From: an uncultured Gemmatimonadota bacterium
GTDB taxonomy: Bacteria; Blakebacterota; Blakebacteria; Blakebacterales; Blakebacteraceae
Reading direction: 5' to 3'
Assembly: GCA_964576115.1 (NCBI GenBank)
Contig: CAZNUA010000035.1
Coordinates: 1-37,658 of the forward strand
DNA: 37,658 nt
The notes under the pieces were generated by a model. The model saw nothing but the letters and a program-made list of their open reading frames with translations, did not search any database and had not been told where the DNA came from. Shown one piece after another: positions 8,590 through 18,717 of the stretch (position 1 is the stretch's first letter; every line of letters starts with the position of its first letter). Made by a program: the position numbers and the translations under genes.

Positions 8590-9285
8590 TCAGCTCTGCT
8601 GGAGACGGTAGCCCTTTCCATGCAGCGTTACGATCTCAACGGTGGGATCCTCACTCAGGTACTTTCGCAGGCGGGAGATGAAGACGTCCATACTACGGGC
8701 CTTGAAGACGGTATCCTCCCCCCAGATCAGGTTCAGAGCCACGCTCCGTTCGAGCGTCCGGCCTTCATACAGACATAGCAGATACAGCAGTTCCGCTTCG
8801 GTACCGGTAAGCGATCTGACCTGCCCCTCACGCTCCAGTTCGCGTCTGCGATAATCAAAAGTATAGGTGCCGAGGTTGAAGCTGGTCGTTCGGTCTGCCC
8901 CGTGCCGGGGGCGGCTGCGCTTCAGGACCGCCTCGATGCGGAGCATGAGTTCTTCCATGCTGAAAGGTTTGGTCAGGTAATCATCACCACCGATACGGAA
9001 GCCCCGGATACGGCTTTCCGGCATCGACTTGGCGGTCAGGAAGATGATCGGTATATCCACATCAACGGCCCGGATCTCCCCGGCCAGGGTGAAGCCGTCT
9101 TTTTTCGGCAGCATGACATCGATCAGGCAGAGGTCAAACGAACCCCGCAGGAAGGCGGCATGCCCCTCGGCACCGTCCATGCATCGGGTGACCTGCAGTC
9201 CCCGGAGCTCGAGTGATTCCGCGACGATGGTCCCGAGATTGAGGTCGTCTTCGATCAGCAGGATATGTGCCGGAGGTGCCGTCAT
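8590..9285 (-). CDS. OmpR/PhoB-family response regulator
   Basis: Receiver ILLIEDD...DVMLP..DG...FLTAK...DDYLTKPF; winged helix SMDVFISRLRK...GKGY. Confidence 0.95.
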   Translation of the reverse strand: MTAPPAHILLIEDDLNLGTIVAESLELRGLQVTRCMDGAEGHAAFLRGSFDLCLIDVMLPKKDGFTLAGEIRAVDVDIPIIFLTAKSMPESRIRGFRIGGDDYLTKPFSMEELMLRIEAVLKRSRPRHGADRTTSFNLGTYTFDYRRRELEREGQVRSLTGTEAELLYLLCLYEGRTLERSVALNLIWGEDTVFKARSMDVFISRLRKYLSEDPTVEIVTLHGKGYRLQQS

Positions 9286-11018
9286 GCGATCGAATCCCCG
9301 GTCGTATCGGGTGCCGGTCGGTGAGTCCCGTCCGCAGGGGTCGGCAGGGTTATCCGGAACGTCGAACCGTGTCCGGGGGCGCTCTGCACTCTGATGGTGC
9401 CGCCGTGCGCCTCGACCATAAGCTTCGCGTAACTCAAGCCCAGCCCGAAGCCCCTGACATCGTGGACGTCCCCGGTGCTGACGCGATAGAAGGAATCGAA
9501 CACCTGCCGGCTCTGCTCCGGAGTCAGGCCGATACCGTTATCCTGGACAGTGAGAGTGATCGTATGGGCCGTACTGGTGGTTCGGATCCTGATCTGCGGG
9601 CTCTCCCGCACATACGTAACAGCATTGTCGAGCAGGTTATCCAGCACGTTCTCGAGATGGACCTGATCGGCTGAGATGATGTGGTCCGAAGCCTCCAGGT
9701 CGGCACTGATCGTCCCCCCCGACGGCTTGATCAGCAGGGAGAAACGCTTTACTGCGGTACGAACGAGATCGTGCAGGTCCACCGTCGACAGATTCAGTTC
9801 GCAATCGCCTCGTTCCAGAGCTGCTATTTCGAGGATTTTCTCGACTTGCCGGCGCATCCGGGAGCTCTCATCCCTGATCATGCGGGTGTACTTCTCGCTG
9901 TGCTCTTCACTGGCCCTGACGCCGGCATCTGCGAGAGCCTCGCCGGCCAGGGATATGGTGGTCAGAGGGGTTTTGAATTCATGGGTCATGTTGTTGACGA
10001 ACTCGACCAGATGCTGTGAAAAACGACGCTGTATGCCGTAAACCCGGAATATGACCGTGAAGCAACCGCCGATGAGCAGGAGAAAAAGCAGTGTGACGAC
10101 GGCGAAGGGGCCCACCTCCCGGGCCAGAATCAAGAGGCGATGGGGAAAGTGAAAAACGAGGTTCTCGGACCCGATGATGGGATCATGCGGAAAGAGACGG
10201 GTACTGTACGGTGAGTGGCGCAGGGATTCGGCTGCTTCCCGCGGTCGGGCGTACAGGAGGCTGTCGCTCTCTCCGTGGATGACACCCCAGGAACATTCAG
10301 CCGGCAGTCCGTATTCGCTCAGCGTGGCGGCCACGAGCGAGTCGAGAACGGAGAACTCGAGCCGGGTCTGAAGGGACTGCGGACCGGGGCGGAAATAGTC
10401 CTCCAGAACACGATCGACCAGAACCCGGCGGTCCAGATCAACGGGTAGCCAGGGAGTTTCTATGGTGTCGGGCAGACCCCCGAGGAGAATGACATACGCT
10501 GCGGTTTCGAACTCCAGGCGCATTGCTCTGACTGAACCGAGCTCGAATTGAGAAAGCAGGATCCGGTGCGTTCCCGGGCTTTGGCGTTCGTCGACCAGGA
10601 CGCGTTGTTCGAGTCCCTCATCATCTAGATGCAGAAGCCGCACCCGTTGTGGCGTCGGCAACACATACACGAGGGTGCTGTCTTCCAGAACCACTTCCGG
10701 ATCATCGGGTGAACTCCGGAACATCAGCTTTCGCGTCGTAAGCCGGGCGGAGTCGTCCACTACCAGACTGAGGATACCGGTGATATTTTCCCTGGTACCG
10801 GGCAGAGAGGTTGTCAGCTCGAGGGCCCGGCCGAGAGCTTCCCGGGTTTCGAGCTTCTCGACCACACTCACGAGAGCGCCGTTCACGTTCCTGGTAAAAG
10901 CTTCCGACCGCAGCGCTACCGCCTGGCGCAACAGCAATACCTGTATGATTCCCAGGCCGACGAGGGCTGTGACAAGCAGGGCAACAATCAGGATGACGGT
11001 CCGTCTGCTCAAGGTCAT
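9282..11018 (-). CDS. Membrane sensor histidine kinase (HisKA + HATPase_c)
   Basis: Two TM segments; H-box NMTHEFKTPL, N-box NLLDNA, DNGIG, GFGLGL; ATGA overlap with the regulator. Confidence 0.95.
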   Translation of the reverse strand: MTLSRRTVILIVALLVTALVGLGIIQVLLLRQAVALRSEAFTRNVNGALVSVVEKLETREALGRALELTTSLPGTRENITGILSLVVDDSARLTTRKLMFRSSPDDPEVVLEDSTLVYVLPTPQRVRLLHLDDEGLEQRVLVDERQSPGTHRILLSQFELGSVRAMRLEFETAAYVILLGGLPDTIETPWLPVDLDRRVLVDRVLEDYFRPGPQSLQTRLEFSVLDSLVAATLSEYGLPAECSWGVIHGESDSLLYARPREAAESLRHSPYSTRLFPHDPIIGSENLVFHFPHRLLILAREVGPFAVVTLLFLLLIGGCFTVIFRVYGIQRRFSQHLVEFVNNMTHEFKTPLTTISLAGEALADAGVRASEEHSEKYTRMIRDESSRMRRQVEKILEIAALERGDCELNLSTVDLHDLVRTAVKRFSLLIKPSGGTISADLEASDHIISADQVHLENVLDNLLDNAVTYVRESPQIRIRTTSTAHTITLTVQDNGIGLTPEQSRQVFDSFYRVSTGDVHDVRGFGLGLSYAKLMVEAHGGTIRVQSAPGHGSTFRITLPTPADGTHRPAPDTTGDSIA

Positions 11019-11024
11019 GATAGT

Positions 11025-11030
11025 AGTATA
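11025..11030 (-). promoter_or_regulatory. -10 element (TATACT) of a probable leaderless kinase transcript
   Basis: Minus strand reads TATACT-ACTATC-ATG; no SD. Confidence 0.55.
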
Positions 11031-11048
11031 CGCACCGGGAACAGATTC

Positions 11049-11104
11049 TTAACAGAGATTAACATATCTTAACGTTAGCTAACATATATTAACTATCATA
11101 TAAC
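11049..11104. promoter_or_regulatory. 10-bp-phased (T/C)TAAC direct repeat array, candidate OmpR-type binding sites
   Basis: TTAAC at 11049, 11059, 11069; CTAAC at 11079; TTAAC at 11089; ATAAC at 11100; AT-rich divergent intergenic region. Confidence 0.7.
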
Positions 11105-11186
11105 AACATAATAATGAACATATTACGTAATATTATATGAGATTCGAAAGCACACAGGAACAATCAGGAAAGATGAGGCGATATCT

Positions 11187-12626
11187 ATGATCATGTTTGT
11201 GAGCAGGTGGTTCCGGATCGTTGTCCTGACAGCTGCCATCATCCCTGCCATACCGGCGCCGGTCAGCGGCCAGGGACGACAGGATACGCCGGCCGAACAT
11301 CGGCTGCAGCAGTTGATCGAGGTGATCAATGCCGCCGATGCCGCCCAAGCGGAAGAATTCATACACGACCATTACGCCCCCGCCTTTCGGGATGCCTTTC
11401 CGATGGCCCGGCACCTCGGCATGTTCACAGCGATCCATTCCAACCGGGGTACAATCGGGTTCGAGCGGGCGGAAGAGACCACCGCAACCAGTCTCAGAGC
11501 TCTGATCCGGACCGAGATCGGCGACCAGTGGCTGAGAATCACGCTCCATATCGAACCGGAAACGCCCCATCGTATCGTGGGCCTGCTGGTCCAGCCGGTG
11601 GCGGCTCCCGCATCGTCCCCATCGGGTGATGTGGCAGAAAGAGATATATCGAGCTGGGCTGAACTCGACCGGTGGCTGACCGAACAGACAGCCGCAGACG
11701 AATTCTCCGGCACGGTCCTGGTGGCCCGAAACGGCGAGATCCTCTTCCAGAATGCCTACGGACTGGCCGACAAAACCCACGCGGTGAGAAACCGGATGGA
11801 TACGAAATTCAACCTGGGTTCCCTGAACAAGCTGTTCACCAGTGTCGCCATCGGCCAGCTGGCCCAGCAGGGGCGCCTCGGATTCGATGATGCGATCGGG
11901 CAGCACCTGTCCGGATTCGCCCCCGAAGCGGCGGAAAAAGTGACCATCCGACACCTGCTGCAGATGCGCTCGGGGTGGGGTGATTACTGGGATAATGAGA
12001 CCTATCAGGCCAACCGGACGGACTTTCGTACGGTAGCCGATTACATCGCTTTCATCAAAGACATGCCGCTTGAGTTCGAACCGGGAACTCAGCAGATCCA
12101 CAGCAATACCAGTTTCCAGGTTCTGGGCGCCATCATCGAGGCCGTCACCGGTCAGGATTATTTCTCGTACATCCGCGAGCACGTGTTCGCGCCGGCCGGG
12201 ATGACCGATTCCGATCCCTGGGGCGCCCGTGACGCCCCGGGTGAGAACATCGCCACCGGATATACGAACCAGAACCCCCACGATCCCGACGGGACCGGGT
12301 ACCGGTGGAGCAATATCTACTATATCGCCACCACCGGAACCCCGGCCGGCGGCGGGTACTCCAGCGCGCCCGATATGCTGGCTTTCGCCGAGGCCCTGCG
12401 CACCCATCGTCTGCTGAATGCGGAATTCACCAACCTGTTCTACCGGGGCTTCGATCCCGACGTCTCGCGGTCGGTTCTGGGGTTTGCCGGCGGCGCCGCG
12501 GGCGTGAACACCGCCCTGACACTGGACCTGCAGAACGGCTATGAGATCATCGTGCTCTCGAACTACGACATGCCCGTCGCGATGGACGTGGCGCAGGCGA
12601 TCCTCCGCCTGGTGAGTGAGGGTTGA
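11187..12626 (+). CDS. Secreted beta-lactamase-family (AmpC/serine hydrolase, S12-like) protein with an extra N-terminal domain
   Basis: Signal peptide; FSGTVLVA, FNLGSLNK (SxxK), VTIRHLL.M.SG, FEPG...HSN, PAGGGYSS..D. Confidence 0.9.
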   Translation: MIMFVSRWFRIVVLTAAIIPAIPAPVSGQGRQDTPAEHRLQQLIEVINAADAAQAEEFIHDHYAPAFRDAFPMARHLGMFTAIHSNRGTIGFERAEETTATSLRALIRTEIGDQWLRITLHIEPETPHRIVGLLVQPVAAPASSPSGDVAERDISSWAELDRWLTEQTAADEFSGTVLVARNGEILFQNAYGLADKTHAVRNRMDTKFNLGSLNKLFTSVAIGQLAQQGRLGFDDAIGQHLSGFAPEAAEKVTIRHLLQMRSGWGDYWDNETYQANRTDFRTVADYIAFIKDMPLEFEPGTQQIHSNTSFQVLGAIIEAVTGQDYFSYIREHVFAPAGMTDSDPWGARDAPGENIATGYTNQNPHDPDGTGYRWSNIYYIATTGTPAGGGYSSAPDMLAFAEALRTHRLLNAEFTNLFYRGFDPDVSRSVLGFAGGAAGVNTALTLDLQNGYEIIVLSNYDMPVAMDVAQAILRLVSEG

Positions 12627-12650
12627 TCACCACCCTTCCAGAAAGCTCGT

Positions 12651-12680
12651 GCCGGCCGGGATAATCATCTCCGGCCGGCA
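12651..12680. terminator. GC-rich hairpin between convergent genes (possible bidirectional terminator)
   Basis: GCCGGCCGG...CCGGCCGGC inverted repeat; no clear U-tract. Confidence 0.4.
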
Positions 12681-12707
12681 ACCGAGGCCGGTAACCGGCC
12701 GGTTTCT

Positions 12708-14401
12708 TCAACGCCCGGGGGCCGCCGACAGGTCGCGGTCGAGCCGGACGAGGAAGATATCCCTCTGGCCGGCGAGCCGCGCTCCGACCGGTGCGGCCGT
12801 TCCGAACCGGCCGGCCAGATCGGGTGAACCTGTCGTTCCGGCGACGAGAACGCTCCCTTCCGTTTCGGGAATCAGCAGGCAGAATGGATTCTCATTTCCC
12901 CTGCTCCCCAGCAGGGTTGACCGCTCGAGGATGCTCATGTGAGCATCGAGCCGGCTGATGAAGTAATCGCCGGTATACGCTTCCTGCCCGGGAGCGAACC
13001 GCTCCTGCAGTGTCCCGGGTGTGGTCGGAAAACCCGCTGAGCGCGTCACCCCGGTTACCCAGAAACCCCCCTGCCCGTCCGGCAGCACGAACTCGCCGAT
13101 ATCCTCGCCCGGTCCGCCGAGCAGGGTCGAGGCCGTCACCCGGGTCAGATCGGAATCGAGCCGGGTCAGGTACGCGTCACTGGCAAAGCCGCGCCCGGTG
13201 TCGGCGCACTCGCCCTGCACCGCTCCCGCGGTGACCGGCCAGCCCCGGCCGACATGACCGGTGAGCACCACCCCGCCGGCAGGATCGGCAGCGATCCGGT
13301 ACGCCCAGTCGATGCCGGATCCTCCGACATAGGTGGCTGCGATGATCGCGTCCAGCCTGGGCGCGAGGCGGGCGACGACGACATCCCCGGCGATCGAGGC
13401 CGGATCGGAATTGAAGCCGGTATCCCAGACTCCCGAGGTGACCGGGAAATCGAGCGAGCGGGTCGATCCGGCCACGTAGACCGAACCGTCGGGGCCGGGA
13501 GCCAGATCGCCCCCGATCTCGCCTCCGGTCCCGCCCAGAAAGGTCGAGGCTTCGAGTTCGGCCAGGTCGGGGGAGAAGCAGGAAACAAACAGATTGCCGT
13601 GGTAATCGCCGTCGAAACGGCCCGACGAGAAGTTCATGTCGAACACCCCGTCCGTGACGGGATAATCCGCCGATCGCGTGGTTCCGCCGACATAGATTGC
13701 TCCTCCGGCGGTCTGCAGCAGGCCGAACGGCTGGNNNNNNNNNNNNNNNNNNNNNNNNNNNNNNNNNNNNNNNNNNNNNNNNNNNNNNNNNNNNNNNNNN
13801 NNNNNNNNNNNNNNNNNNNNNNNNNNNNNNNNNNGGTTCCGCCGACATAGATTGCTCCTCCGGCGGTCTGCAGCAGGCCGAACGGCTGGTCGTCCTGCCC
13901 ACCTCCGAGCCGCACGCCGGCCTTCAGGCTCATCCGATCATCGTCCAGCAGGAGCAGGAACAGATCGCGCCCCCCGCCGGGCCCGTGGCGGCGAACCGCG
14001 TCCCCGGCGGGGAAATCGGGAGAATCGGTCACCCCGGCCACGAGCAGATCGCCGGCGGGAGTCAAAAGGGCCCGGACGACCCGGTCCGAACTCCGGCCTC
14101 CCAGGCGGAAAACAGCTTCCGGGGCGTCGAGATCGGGATTCAGCCGGAGGATGAAGAGATCGGTGCCGCCCGCGGGATCGGTCCCCGAGGGCCAATCGGG
14201 GGAGGACGTCTCACCGATCAGCAGCAGACGCCGGCTGGCATCACGGATCGCGGCCCGGAGAACATCGCTCCCCGATCCGCCCGTCTGCAGCAGCAGGCGC
14301 GGTGCGCTCTCTCCCTCCTCCTGTTGCAGAACCGCCGACGGAGATGATGGGAACGCGAGCAACACCATCACCGCAACAGCAAGTGTGACATATCTCGGCA
14401 T
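12708..14401 (-). CDS. Secreted SBBP-type beta-propeller repeat protein (single gene, about 512 aa, split by an assembly gap)
   Basis: Repeats of VYVAG.T.S.DFPVT.G and D.FV.RL...L...STFLGG; removing the gap plus one 55-nt duplicate joins ...GAIYVGGT-TRSADYPVTDGVFDMNF in frame. Confidence 0.85.
13735..13834. other. 100-N scaffold gap with a 55-nt exact overlap (13680-13734 = 13835-13889)
   Basis: Direct comparison of the flanks. Confidence 0.95.
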
Positions 14402-14470
14402 TGGATTCTCCCCTGGAGCGCGATTCAGATCTGCACCTCTATACGGACCGTATCGGTAATCGGTGTCCGG

Positions 14471-14504
14471 AAAAGGGAAACGGCCCCGTTTCCGAGGCCG
14501 TTTC
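14471..14504 (-). terminator. Rho-independent terminator downstream of the ferritin-like gene
   Basis: Minus strand GAAACGGCCTCG-GAAA-CGGGGCCGTTTC-CCTTTT: 12-bp stem with one G-U pair, GNRA loop, short U run. Confidence 0.75.
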
Positions 14505-14558
14505 GTCGCACCGGAACGATTCCGGTGGGGGGGATTTGCGCACTCTTCAGAGCCCCGC

Positions 14559-15116
14559 TCAGCCTCCGCTGCAACGCTGGAAGGCCGGCAAGTGGCGGTA
14601 CTGCGAGGCCCAGCTCAGGTTCTCGAAAACGAGCCGCACATCTTCGGGCAACTCGTGCGAGAAGAACTTCTCGTAGATAGCCACATTGTCGATTTCAGCC
14701 TGAGCCGCCGCCCGGCAGGCCTCGGTGAGCGAGGCAAAAGCGGGCATCCCCTCGATCGTGAAGGAGTTCTCGGGCACTTCCAGCCCGTACCGCTCGAACA
14801 GGGTCGCCAGCGCCTGGCTGTGCTTCACCTCTGCGTTCACGATCATCGTGAAAGGTCGGACCTGACCGAAGTCGGACAGGATCCGACGGTACGTCATCTC
14901 CGCCTTGTATTCATCGACGATGGCTTCGGTCATCATGTCTATGACCGTCTGATCGAGCGCGACACCCGCTACCGTCGAAACTTCGGCGGCCGGATCCGTC
15001 TGGATCGAGGGGCCGGTCGCATCGCGACAGCCACTCAGCCCGAGTCCCAGAGTAATGAGCCCCATCACGGCGACCGATCTCAATGTCGTTGTCTGCTTCC
15101 CTGTCATCTTCCTCAC
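14559..15116 (-). CDS. Ferritin-like (DUF2202-type) lipoprotein
   Basis: DEYKA..TY, AEVKH, AEIDN...Y, V..VF.NL..AS..RHLPAF; lipobox LSGC; alternative start ATG at 15107. Confidence 0.8.
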   Translation of the reverse strand: MRKMTGKQTTTLRSVAVMGLITLGLGLSGCRDATGPSIQTDPAAEVSTVAGVALDQTVIDMMTEAIVDEYKAEMTYRRILSDFGQVRPFTMIVNAEVKHSQALATLFERYGLEVPENSFTIEGMPAFASLTEACRAAAQAEIDNVAIYEKFFSHELPEDVRLVFENLSWASQYRHLPAFQRCSGG

Positions 15117-15237
15117 CTGCCCTCTTAATGTTTAGTATGTGCGCAAATTCTTAATATAGACACCGCCTGTTCCACAATCCATGCGCGCTATCCAGCAGGC
15201 AGGGGAAATCCTTGTTCTGGATATTCAGACAGGCGAT

Positions 15238-15266
15238 ACAAACGGGGCGGCTGGATGCCGCCCCCG
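15238..15266 (-). terminator. Hairpin downstream of tpl, probable terminator
   Basis: GGGGCGGC-ATCCA-GCCGCCCC followed by GTTTGT on the minus strand. Confidence 0.45.
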
Positions 15267-15325
15267 GGAATGATTGGTGGCTGTCCTGTTGCTGGATACT
15301 TCGCGGCCGGTGACCGCGCGCTTCC

Positions 15326-16858
<1,533 letters not shown>

Positions 16859-16900
16859 TCAGGACCCGCGTGAAACGAGAATCACGATCCGGCGATCCGT

Positions 16901-17293
16901 TCACTCGACCAGATCGGCACCCAGCCAGCGCTCGGCATCATCCCGGGAACGGAAAGTCCGGTACTGGGTGGCTGCACCCTGCAATTCCCGGAACGTTCCG
17001 AACATCCGCCCCAGACCGAAGCCGATATCGGTCGTGAAGACCAGGGCGGTCTTTCCCCCCGGCCGGCTCATGTCGGTGTGCTGCTGGGCAACCCCGGCGA
17101 TCTGCTGGGGAACACCGGCTGAGATGTTCCCGAACGTCGCATCAGAAAAATCCCAGAGCACATGGGTGGTCGGCTCGCCATCATAGAAAACGGCGATCAC
17201 CTCACTGGCCTGTTGAGCGGTGAAGTCGCCCTGGACGGTGAAGATGGTGATGTCTCGCTCACGATCCAGCTGGGTTTCGATGACACCCGGCAT
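16901..17293 (-). CDS. Small hypothetical protein, STAS/SpoIIAA-like
   Basis: RBS GGAGGAG; LWDFS, KTALV....FGLGRMF, F.SRD.AERWL pattern. Confidence 0.7.
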   Translation of the reverse strand: MPGVIETQLDRERDITIFTVQGDFTAQQASEVIAVFYDGEPTTHVLWDFSDATFGNISAGVPQQIAGVAQQHTDMSRPGGKTALVFTTDIGFGLGRMFGTFRELQGAATQYRTFRSRDDAERWLGADLVE

Positions 17294-17407
17294 GACACGT
17301 CTCCTCCGCCTGAACTGAACTGGAACAACTCGAACAGGCAGCCGGGAGTATACCACATCCACCGGCATACGTATCCACATTCTCGAGAGATCGATCTGAG
17401 AAGAGCG

Positions 17408-18535
17408 TCAGAGCGTCTGTTCGAAGAGCGTGAAGATCCGCTCGACGGTCCGGGCGGTCGAAAAATCGCCGGGGATACCGGGCAGGGCTGCAGCCCGTTC
17501 GAGGTCGCCCGGCAGATCGATGGCATCCTGTTCAACCGCGTGCAGCCAACCCATGCGGCGCATCCGGGCCGCCAGATAGAGCTGCTCGGTCTGCCCGGGA
17601 GTTGGAATAAGCAGCGCCGGGGTGCCCAGTTCGGCCAGTTCCATGAGGGTCGAATACCCCGGTCGACTGACGATCAGCCGGGCCCGGTTCATGAGGTCTT
17701 CCATTTCCTGTCGGTCGGGGTGGGCGTAGATGGTCAGATCGTCGGCCGGTGTCTCCACCCGGCGGCTTTCGGGGCGCCCGAGCACCATTACTTTGCGGCC
17801 GGGCACCTGGTCGAGCCGGGCCCGAAGCTTGACCTCGAGGATCGAGCGCTGCGGTTCGGGCCCCGAGATGGAGAAGAGGACGTCGATATCGCGCTCGACG
17901 CCTTCACGACGGTTCACGCTCGAGAGGATTCCGGAAAAGATGTAACGGCTGCCTGTGTTCCGGACGCGGGAGAGACGGCCGGAGAGCAGGCCTTCGGCAC
18001 CATGGGCTTCGTCAGGCACGAGGACGTGCCGGAAGCGGCTGTGCACGAAACGGTGCACGCCGGCCCCGAGGGCTTCGGTGGGACGCAGGGCCGGCGGGGT
18101 CAGCAGCCTGATCTGGTGGGAGAGAAAAACCGAGGGGACCGAGTCGGAGTACCCGCCGTAGCGGTGATCGCTGACGACCAGGTCGGCGTCCTCCTCGCGG
18201 GTGATTTCCTCGACGATCCGCCGGGTCCGGTTCACCACCCCCAGAAGACGGGGAGTGGCGCCCAGGAGGCGCAGCGGATCGGCTCCCCGCGCAGTGTACT
18301 CCAGGTCGTAGCCGGGCAGTTGGACGAAGCGGGCATGGGCGATCTCGCGCCGCAGAAACAGCAGTGCCCGGCCCGAAGAGCCGATCACGGTTTCCCAGCC
18401 CCGGCGGTCGAATTCCCGTATCAGGGGCAGACTCCGGCTGGCATGCCCCAGCCCCATATCGAGGACGGTATAGAGAACGGTGCCTGAAGCTCGTGCCACT
18501 CCGGTCCGGCTCCTGATTCGATGAGGCAACGACAA
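17408..18535 (-). CDS. GT-B glycosyltransferase (MurG/GT28 C-terminal-like)
   Basis: MGLGHASRS, VVSDHRYG, SGPEPQR, SRPGYSTLME, IPTPGQTEQ. Confidence 0.9.
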   Translation of the reverse strand: MSLPHRIRSRTGVARASGTVLYTVLDMGLGHASRSLPLIREFDRRGWETVIGSSGRALLFLRREIAHARFVQLPGYDLEYTARGADPLRLLGATPRLLGVVNRTRRIVEEITREEDADLVVSDHRYGGYSDSVPSVFLSHQIRLLTPPALRPTEALGAGVHRFVHSRFRHVLVPDEAHGAEGLLSGRLSRVRNTGSRYIFSGILSSVNRREGVERDIDVLFSISGPEPQRSILEVKLRARLDQVPGRKVMVLGRPESRRVETPADDLTIYAHPDRQEMEDLMNRARLIVSRPGYSTLMELAELGTPALLIPTPGQTEQLYLAARMRRMGWLHAVEQDAIDLPGDLERAAALPGIPGDFSTARTVERIFTLFEQTL

Positions 18536-18717
18536 ATCGCTCCCAGCCTATGCAGCCCGCTGCTGTGGTGCAAGAGCATTGCTTCCCGTTACACGTGACG
18601 TTCGATGAAGGGGATTCTCAACTGTTGGTACAGAGACTTGAAGCGCAGTACACTCACCGGCACACGCAGCCTCTGTTGGCACCGACAGGAGTCTCCCTTT
18701 CCGCCAGGAGTTTCTCC

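Noticed and set aside
11041-11140. AT-rich repeat array as an oriC, iteron set or CRISPR leader
   Set aside because: No DnaA boxes, rep gene, cas genes or repeat-spacer structure; better explained as regulator binding sites.
13680-13889. 55-nt direct repeats around N runs as possible target-site duplications or CRISPR repeats
   Set aside because: Identical length at two gaps, and in-frame restoration on collapse, indicate an assembly artefact.
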